From positions 56,353 to 120,352 of the forward strand of contig CAWBPM010000003.1 of the NCBI GenBank assembly GCA_963790825.1: a stretch of DNA of 64,000 nucleotides, written 5' to 3'. Below the pieces are notes generated by a model. The model was not told the DNA's origin, did not search any database, and saw only the letters and a program-made list of their open reading frames with translations. Below are positions 58,173 through 64,000 of the stretch, piece by piece (positions within the stretch are counted from its first letter, which is position 1; each line of letters starts with the position of its first letter). Both the position numbers and the translations under genes were made by a program. Origin of the DNA: Candidatus Levyibacteriota bacterium. GTDB lineage: Bacteria > Patescibacteriota > Microgenomatia > Levybacterales > UBA12049.

Positions 58173-58556
58173 ATGACAAAGAAACAAGTCTTAGTCGTTG
58201 ATGATGATAAGGACATTGTTGCGGCAATTGATACGATTCTTAAAATGGAAGAATATTCTGTAATTCATGCCTACTCCGGCACGGAGTCAATTCATTTGGC
58301 TATGGAATGTAAACCCGATGTTATTCTCCTTGACTATATGCTGCCCGATATGAGCGGAAGGCAAATTGTAAAGATTTTAAGAAAAAAATTACACTTTACG
58401 AAACTTCCTATTATCTTAATTTCAGCAGTAAATGATATTCAAGAAATTGCAAAAACCATAGAGGTAAATGCTTGTATTTCGAAGCCATTTGAACTTGAAG
58501 AATTAGTAACTTGTGTTGCAAAACAACTTTCCTGTAATTCTCATCTTCATAATTAA
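58173..58556 (+). CDS. Single-domain response regulator (CheY-like receiver)
   Basis: Carries VLVVDDDKD...VILLDYMLPDMSG...ISKPF. Confidence 0.8.
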   Translation: MTKKQVLVVDDDKDIVAAIDTILKMEEYSVIHAYSGTESIHLAMECKPDVILLDYMLPDMSGRQIVKILRKKLHFTKLPIILISAVNDIQEIAKTIEVNACISKPFELEELVTCVAKQLSCNSHLHN

Positions 58557-58581
58557 AAAACTACTTTAAATAAATTCTATA

Positions 58582-58614
58582 GAAAAATACCCTTAAAGAG
58601 AAAGGGTATTTTTC
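58582..58614. terminator. Bidirectional intrinsic terminator (perfect 13-bp stem hairpin)
   Basis: GAAAAATACCCTT-aaagaga-AAGGGTATTTTTC. The A-run/T-run arms serve both the plus-strand CheY-like gene and the convergent minus-strand KGG gene. Confidence 0.6.
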
Positions 58615-58658
58615 TACTATTTGTCATATGGAACAATCTAAGTTTCGTAAAACAAAGA

Positions 58659-58835
58659 TTACTCATCGCGATTTCGTTGCCTTGAACGACCGCCTTTTTG
58701 TCCTGCCAAGCGGGCTTCTTGCGATGTCCATTCATGCGCAGTACGGTTTATGTGCGCTTGCTTACCACCCTTACTGGCTATGTTACGCTGTTTATTTGGA
58801 TCCATACTAGCAAAGCCTCGACTACTTTTCGCCAT
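58659..58835 (-). CDS. KGG-repeat general stress protein (YciG/con-10-like)
   Basis: Carries ...SRGFASMDPNKQRNIASKGGKQAH...AGQKGGRS, KGG motifs. The ATG at 58835 is preceded by SD AAGGGGGTGA. The track GTG start lies at 58847. Confidence 0.6.
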   Translation of the reverse strand: MAKSSRGFASMDPNKQRNIASKGGKQAHINRTAHEWTSQEARLAGQKGGRSRQRNRDE

Positions 58836-59202
58836 ATTCTTCTTCACCCCCTTTCATTTTTTTATAATACATAAGTTTTCTTTAAAACAGCTGAAAATAT
58901 TGACATTTCATCCAGATACATAAATATCAACAATTGTATATACAAGAGTCATAATAAACAGTAAGCTTAAGAGAATTACTAAAAAAAGGTAAGGAATAAG
59001 AAAGAAAAGCGGGATAAGAAGAATTTATCCAAATATGAAGAAGAATAAACTATACTATAGATAGATTAGATAGATTACTATTTCTTTACTATAGTCAATA
59101 GCTTATAATATAGTGAGATCTAGAAAGTTTCTGATGTGGTTGAAAAATACAACATCAAGCTCATGGTAATTTGGGTTATATTTTAGTAAAATTATCAGAC
59201 AT

Positions 59203-59273
59203 TGCCGAATCGTCTAATGGTAGGACAACGGACTCTGAATCCGTTTATCTTGGTTCGAATCCAGGTTCGGCAG
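59203..59273 (+). tRNA. tRNA-Gln (anticodon CUG)
   Basis: Manual fold: acceptor TGCCGAA/TTCGGCA (U1-A72), discriminator G73, D-arm GTCT-AATGGTA-GGAC, anticodon stem ACGGA/TCCGT with loop CTCTGAA, T-arm CTTGG-TTCGAAT-CCAGG. Confidence 0.8.
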
Positions 59274-59338
59274 CTGCGACCGTACAAAAATACATACCCC
59301 TGCTGTACTTTGTAAGAACTCCTTGATATACTTTCTGC

Positions 59339-59749
59339 ATGGAATTAAAAGTACTAGTTGTTGGTGTTATTAAAAAGGATAACCAAATACTCCTTCGCAA
59401 AAAACCTGATGGATCACCTCCTTATAAAGAAACATGGTATCTTTTTAGCGGTGAACTAAAAAATGATGAGATACCAGAAATTGTAATAAAGGAAGCTGTA
59501 AAAAAACACACTGGCATTAATATCAGAATGGTTAAACCTATTAATTGGGATACTGAGATCAAAGAAGATCTTGATGGTGTCATAAAAAATTTTGTTTATT
59601 TAGATGTAGAATGTGATTATATAGATGGAGAGTTGCAAAAAGGAGAAGGTATCGAAAAATTAGAGTGGGTAGACATTGATAAATTAGCTCAATATGATAT
59701 CGTACCTCCTTCAAGAGTATTATTTGGAAAATTAGGATTTCTTAAATAA
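59339..59749 (+). CDS. NUDIX-like hydrolase with a degenerate Nudix box
   Basis: GELKNDEIPEIVIKEAVKKHTGI approximates Gx5Ex7REUxEExGU, and the length fits a Nudix fold. The ORF is 136 aa. Confidence 0.4.
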   Translation: MELKVLVVGVIKKDNQILLRKKPDGSPPYKETWYLFSGELKNDEIPEIVIKEAVKKHTGINIRMVKPINWDTEIKEDLDGVIKNFVYLDVECDYIDGELQKGEGIEKLEWVDIDKLAQYDIVPPSRVLFGKLGFLK

Positions 59750-59750
59750 A

Positions 59751-59783
59751 AAGTTCCAACGTTGTTCAGGCTTGCCAGCTAAT
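59751..59783 (+). repeat. Intergenic repeat, module A (partial copy)
   Basis: aaaagttccaacgttgttcaggcttgccagct matches 60261-60292 at 30 of 32 positions. Confidence 0.6.
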
Positions 59784-59831
59784 ATTAATCCTATAGTTGA
59801 AAGTAGTATTAATTTGTTGTAAAATGTCTGG

Positions 59832-60257
59832 GTGTCTGAAAGAGAAATAAATACAGGAAACAATGAATCATTCCCTCAAAAGATGGCTCGTGGCTGTATT
59901 TTTTTAACACAAAAAGAAGCTAAGTTATTATATCTTCGTAATGGGAGACAGCGTAAGAATATATCAGCAACCATTCAAAATCTAATACAGCCTAGAATTG
60001 ACAGACTAAAAAATACTACCCCAGAAGAACGAGAAAGCATGCTTAAAGGATATCTCGGGCAAGTTATAAGTAGATCAGAGATAGGGCTTGAATCTTTTGA
60101 AACAGGAAATTCCCCTCCATTTATAGAAGTTAACTGGGTTCTCCCTAAAACATTCATTGACATGATAGGTAATGTCGCTGATCTGGGCAGGCTAAGTAGT
60201 GAAAGTTTAATGAGCTGTATGCTCTCAGATGTTTTAAATATGAGGGAGAGTAGTTAA
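59832..60257 (+). CDS. Hypothetical protein flanked by module-A repeats
   Basis: A 141-aa ORF with no recognisable domain. Confidence 0.3.
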   Translation: MSEREINTGNNESFPQKMARGCIFLTQKEAKLLYLRNGRQRKNISATIQNLIQPRIDRLKNTTPEERESMLKGYLGQVISRSEIGLESFETGNSPPFIEVNWVLPKTFIDMIGNVADLGRLSSESLMSCMLSDVLNMRESS

Positions 60258-60260
60258 CAA

Positions 60261-60330
60261 AAAAGTTCCAAGGTTGTCCAGGCTTGCCAGCAAGATTGGA
60301 CACTAAGCGACCGTAAGCCCTAAAAAAGCC
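60261..60330 (+). repeat. Intergenic repeat, full unit (module A plus module B)
   Basis: The A part (aaaagttccaaggttgtccaggcttgccagc) is fused to the B part (aagattggacactaagcgaccgtaagccctaaaaaagc). It contains an imperfect hairpin, ccaggcttgccagcaagattgg. Confidence 0.6.
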
Positions 60331-60579
60331 CAGGTGTACCTTCAAATTCGAAGAGCATTTCAAAATTAAAACATTCGGACGGTACGCTCGCCGCCCAGAA
60401 AAAGACCATAAAATGGTTCTTTTTTGCTAGTTATAAGGATAAATTATAGCCAAAATTCTCACTGGATGCTGAAGTCGGGGTGAGAATCCTGTTTTTATCC
60501 ACAAATTGGGATTCGAACTAAACCACCCGATAATAAGTTATTCATTAAAACGAGATTTGAGCTATAATTTGTAATTAGA

Positions 60580-61611
60580 ATGATAAAACCAGCAAAACTT
60601 AAGAAAGGTGACGTTATCGGGATAATTTCCCCATCTTGGGGTGGTCCAAGTGTTTTCCCACATATTTACGAAAATGGTTTAAAAAATCTAAAAGCGCTTG
60701 GGTTTGAAATAAAAGAATTCCCAACTGCTAGAGGTGACGCAAAATACCAATATCAGAACCCAAAAATTAGAGCTGAAGACGTAAATGTAGCCTTTGCAGA
60801 TAAAGAGGTCAAGGGAATAATTACTACTATTGGTGGGGATGATTCAGTAAGAATCCTGCCGTTTTTAGATAAGGAAGCCATATCTAATAACCCCAAATTT
60901 TTTATGGGTTATTCTGATACAACCATTCTGACAACATTTATTCGTAGCTTAGGAATCGTTAGTTTTAATGGACCAAGTATTATGGCAGGATTTTCTCAGA
61001 TGGAATCGGAAGGAGATAGTTTCAAAAAACACCTAGAGGATTTTTTGTTCGGAGATTATAACGAATATGAATATAAACCCTACGAATACTATTTTAACAA
61101 CTATCCAGACTGGAAAGATGTAGCAAACATTGGAAAAGTATCCGAACCTGCAAAAACTACTGGGTGGCAATGGCTGCAAGGAAATGTGACGGTTGATGGA
61201 GAACTTTTTGGAGGTAATATTGAAGTTTTAGAATTTATAAAGGGGACAGATTATTGGTTTGATAAAAACTTTTGGAATGAAAAAATACTGTTTTTTGAAA
61301 CTTCAGAAGACAAACCAACAGTAAGCCAGGTAAAGTTTATGTTACGAAATTACGGAACTCAAGGGATATATGACAAAGTGAAAGCAGTATTGTTCGGACG
61401 GGCTAGAGATTACTCCGAAGAAGAAAAGAAAGAATTAGATACAACTCTCACTAACGTAATTGGATTTGAATTTGGAAAACCAGAACTACCAATTATTTCT
61501 AATATGGATTTTGGTCATACCGACCCACAAATTATTCTCCCGCTTGGTGTAAAAGCTGAATTAAATGCCACAAATAAATCATTTAAACTTTTGGGGAGTC
61601 TGTTTAGTTAA
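60580..61611 (+). CDS. LD-carboxypeptidase (peptidase S66; LdcA/MccF-like)
   Basis: Carries DVIGIISPSWGG...IITTIGGDDSVRILPFLD...FMGYSDTTIL, giving the Ser nucleophile context. A C-terminal His/Glu region is present. The ORF is 343 aa. Confidence 0.7.
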   Translation: MIKPAKLKKGDVIGIISPSWGGPSVFPHIYENGLKNLKALGFEIKEFPTARGDAKYQYQNPKIRAEDVNVAFADKEVKGIITTIGGDDSVRILPFLDKEAISNNPKFFMGYSDTTILTTFIRSLGIVSFNGPSIMAGFSQMESEGDSFKKHLEDFLFGDYNEYEYKPYEYYFNNYPDWKDVANIGKVSEPAKTTGWQWLQGNVTVDGELFGGNIEVLEFIKGTDYWFDKNFWNEKILFFETSEDKPTVSQVKFMLRNYGTQGIYDKVKAVLFGRARDYSEEEKKELDTTLTNVIGFEFGKPELPIISNMDFGHTDPQIILPLGVKAELNATNKSFKLLGSLFS

Positions 61612-61656
61612 CATTATGGCTGTCTGAATACTAAGGCTGTAGTGAGAATCATTTTC

Positions 61657-61765
61657 TGGCAGCAAGATTGGACACTAAGCGACCGTAAACTCTAAAAAGC
61701 TTGAATTTGCTTGCTAAGTGTCATTTAATTGTTGGAAGTTTCGGACCACACGCTTAGTGTTCAGA
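61657..61765 (+). repeat. Intergenic repeat, module B copy plus two inverted copies of the ACACTAAGCG core
   Basis: ctggcagcaagattggacactaagcgaccgtaaactctaaaaagc (module B). Then comes gcttgctaagtgtc (inverted, 1 mismatch) and cacgcttagtgttc (inverted). Confidence 0.55.
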
Positions 61766-61788
61766 GGCAAATTTGCTAAAATAATTTT

Positions 61789-62175
61789 ATGAAAAAGATA
61801 TTAAGACCAAAGGATGTAGATACTTACATCGCTGGGATGCCGAAGGAAATCCGCGGCACACTATCTGAGCTTCGCCGTGTAATTAAAGAAGCTGCGCCGG
61901 AAGCGAAGGAGAGTATTAGTTATGGAATGCCTTTTTATGAATATGGTGGCTCGGGATTTAAGGGACGGCTTATTTATTTTGCCGTGTCAAAAAAAGATAT
62001 TACTGTATATATCCCTCCCACGCGTGCAGGAGAATCACTGGACGAGCTTAAGAAATATCAAGCGACGAAATCATCTTTTCATTTTCCTTTGGACAAACCG
62101 TTTCCTTTTGAGCTTATTGGTAAAACAGTACGGGAAATTGTAGAAAAAGTAAATAAAAGCGGAAATCGAAGCTAG
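61789..62175 (+). CDS. DUF1801 (YdhG/YdeI-like) family protein
   Basis: The product reads ...YIAGMPKEIRGTLSELRRVIKEAAPEAKESISYGMPFYEYGG... It ends in TAG. Confidence 0.5.
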   Translation: MKKILRPKDVDTYIAGMPKEIRGTLSELRRVIKEAAPEAKESISYGMPFYEYGGSGFKGRLIYFAVSKKDITVYIPPTRAGESLDELKKYQATKSSFHFPLDKPFPFELIGKTVREIVEKVNKSGNRS

Positions 62176-62300
62176 GGAGAGAATCCAAGCTCCGCAGCAA
62201 AATACTTAATCGATAAAAAGGGAATTATACGACGTACATATTTCGGAGAAGGAGAATACGATAAAACAGAATTAGCAATTCAAACATTACTTAAAGAATA
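62176..62300 (+). pseudogene. Remnant C-terminal fragment of a TlpA/ResA-like thioredoxin gene
   Basis: Translates to YLIDKKGIIRRTYFGEGEYDKTELAIQTLLKE*. This is near-identical in pattern to residues EYLIDANGTIRRTEFGEGKYDQMEMTIRSLLQE of the downstream DipZ-like gene. It has no own start and sits in frame behind the DUF1801 TAG. Confidence 0.45.
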
Positions 62301-62303
62301 AAT

Positions 62304-64000
62304 ATGATTTTATTACTTGCATTTTCATTTTTAGCAGGGTTTGTGACCATACTTGCTCCTTGTATTTGGCCTGTACTTCCTATTGTTTTGTCATCGTCTA
62401 TTGCTGGAGACAAAGGTCATCAAAGGCCACTTGGCATTACCCTTGGTGTGATACTCTCTTTTACTATTTTTACGCTTTCTGTCTCCTATCTTGTTCACAT
62501 TTTTCATCTTGATCCAAATGTACTACGTATTTTTGCAGTTATTATTATTGTTTTTCTTGGGCTCACGATGATTATTCCAGCTTTAGCAACAAAATTTGAG
62601 CTCTTTGTTTCAAGATTATCGAATATCTTTGGTCAAAATTCCAGCAGCAAACGAGGCTCTGGATTTTTACCGGGATTTATCACGGGACTTTCTCTTGGTA
62701 TTGTGTGGTCTCCTTGTGCAGGCCCAATTTTGGCTACTATTGCTGCACTTGCTGCGACAGGACAAGTATCCATACAAGTAATTTTAGTTACTCTTGCCTA
62801 TGTTACTGGTGTAGGAGTGCCATTATTTGCTTTCGCCTACGGAGGTCAGCAGTTTATTAGTCGTGCAAGAGGTATAAATAAATATACAGGAAGAATCCAA
62901 CAAGCTTTTGGCATAGTCATGATTCTTGCTGCAATTGCAATTTTTACCAACTATGACCAGACACTACAGCTACAGCTTTTAAATAAATTTCCTGCATTAG
63001 GAACAGCAGTAAACGGATTTGAAAATAGTAGTCTTGTAAAAAATCAGCTAGACCAGTTGAAAGGGGAAAAATCAACGCAAAGCACTGATACTGGACTGTT
63101 TAATGTTAATCAATCTGCTCCCGATTTTGTTGGTATCGATAAGTGGTTAAATACAAATAAACCGATTACTATTGCGAGTCTCAAAGGAAAGGTAGTCTTG
63201 GTAGATTTTTGGACATACACCTGCATTAACTGTATCCGTACACTTCCCCACGTAACTTCCTGGTATGACAAATATAACAAAGATGGATTTGTGGTTATTG
63301 GTGTCCATACGCCTGAATTTCAATTCGAACATGATACTAATAATGTTCTGAATGCTATAAAAATGTATAACATCCATTATCCAGTTGCTCAGGATAATGA
63401 ATATGCAACTTGGAATAATTACAACAATGAGTATTGGCCGGCAGAATATTTGATTGATGCGAACGGTACGATACGACGTACTGAATTTGGTGAAGGAAAA
63501 TATGATCAAATGGAGATGACGATACGTTCGCTACTTCAAGAAGCCGGAAAAAAAGTAACAGGCTCACTTGACACCATAGTAGACCAAACGCCTCAGTCTC
63601 AGATGTCTCCTGAGACCTATCTTGGTTCCAAAAGAATGCAATATTATTTCCCTTCAGGAAGCTTAGGTAACGGTACTAAGGTCTTCTCATTATCTGATAA
63701 GGTTAATCAAAACAGCTTTAGTTACGGTGGGCAATGGACAATAAATGATGAATATGCTGTTTCAGGAAACAATGCAACGCTTAATTATAACTTCACTGCT
63801 ACCAAAGTGTTTATCATTCTTCGTCCTAATTCTGCAAAAAATCCAACTGTAAAAGTCTCTCTTGATGGAAAGATTATTGACCCCTCAGCTGCAGGAAGTG
63901 ATGTAGAAAATGGGGTCATTACTATTGATAATGATAGGTTATACAACGTAGTTGATCTAAAAGGTAAAACAGAAAATCATATTCTCAAGCTTGAATTTCA
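62304..64000 (+). CDS. DipZ-like thiol:disulfide interchange protein (CcdA/DsbD TM domain fused to TlpA-like thioredoxin and a C-terminal domain); 3' end beyond window
   Basis: Has an N-terminal 6-8 TM CcdA-like region with ...CIWPVLP...SPCAGPIL... cysteines. The thioredoxin domain carries WTYTCINC (CxxC). Spurious antisense ORFs in the track (63147-63567) are rejected. Confidence 0.7.
   Translation, partial: MILLLAFSFLAGFVTILAPCIWPVLPIVLSSSIAGDKGHQRPLGITLGVILSFTIFTLSVSYLVHIFHLDPNVLRIFAVIIIVFLGLTMIIPALATKFELFVSRLSNIFGQNSSSKRGSGFLPGFITGLSLGIVWSPCAGPILATIAALAATGQVSIQVILVTLAYVTGVGVPLFAFAYGGQQFISRARGINKYTGRIQQAFGIVMILAAIAIFTNYDQTLQLQLLNKFPALGTAVNGFENSSLVKNQLDQLKGEKSTQSTDTGLFNVNQSAPDFVGIDKWLNTNKPITIASLKGKVVLVDFWTYTCINCIRTLPHVTSWYDKYNKDGFVVIGVHTPEFQFEHDTNNVLNAIKMYNIHYPVAQDNEYATWNNYNNEYWPAEYLIDANGTIRRTEFGEGKYDQMEMTIRSLLQEAGKKVTGSLDTIVDQTPQSQMSPETYLGSKRMQYYFPSGSLGNGTKVFSLSDKVNQNSFSYGGQWTINDEYAVSGNNATLNYNFTATKVFIILRPNSAKNPTVKVSLDGKIIDPSAAGSDVENGVITIDNDRLYNVVDLKGKTENHILKLEF

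Noticed and set aside
60440-60540. tRNA-like T-arm sequence GGGATTCGAAC plus hairpin ATTCTCAC/GTGAGAAT upstream of the LD-carboxypeptidase gene, considered as a tRNA or tmRNA remnant
   Set aside because: No acceptor stem or other arms could be paired. It may be part of the repeat family. It is reported only as a repeat and not as an RNA gene.
63147-63567. Two minus-strand track ORFs inside the DipZ-like gene
   Set aside because: They are antisense to a well-supported CcdA plus thioredoxin (WTYTCINC) reading frame that runs off the window end.

Overview
The window looks like a low-GC (~35%), gene-dense bacterial genome of the small-genome candidate phyla radiation (CPR/Patescibacteria) type. 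The lineage is an inference from composition and gene content, not a search result. Its most unusual part is a ~30-kb cell-envelope glycosylation island (905-34748) with at least 22 glycosylation genes, almost all on the minus strand. It holds 7 PMT/ArnT-like GT-C mannosyltransferase paralogs (GT39/PMT_2 type) and 3 DPM1-like plus 3 other GT2 enzymes. It also holds 2 GT4 enzymes, a Wzx-type flippase, a YfhO-like protein and 5 further polytopic GT-C-like membrane proteins, three of which form an unrecognised paralog family. The island is bounded by two intact back-to-back IS elements (IS1634-like and IS30) on one side. On the other side sit tRNA-Glu(CUC) and an orphan tRNA 3' fragment. Read from the left edge, the window holds a partial GH26-like glycosidase followed by the glycosylation island. 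Next come a pyrF-pyrE-pyrD-pyrC pyrimidine operon and a lamin-tail-domain surface protein with a Pro/Thr repeat linker. After these are a split MgtE-N/CBS regulator plus Nramp transporter pair and an AT-rich islet with GNAT and racemase genes. GreA and Lon follow, then a second GH26-like hydrolase carrying a C-terminal dockerin. The last quarter holds two-component and stress genes (CheY-like regulators, OmpR-type RR, a histidine kinase, GlsB/YeaQ, KGG), an IS481-like transposase and tRNA-Gln(CUG). It ends with accessory genes flanked by a modular repeat family, a TlpA-like gene fragment and a partial DipZ-like gene. No CRISPR arrays, phage genes or recognisable defence systems were seen. The standard genetic code is used (TGA observed as stop).
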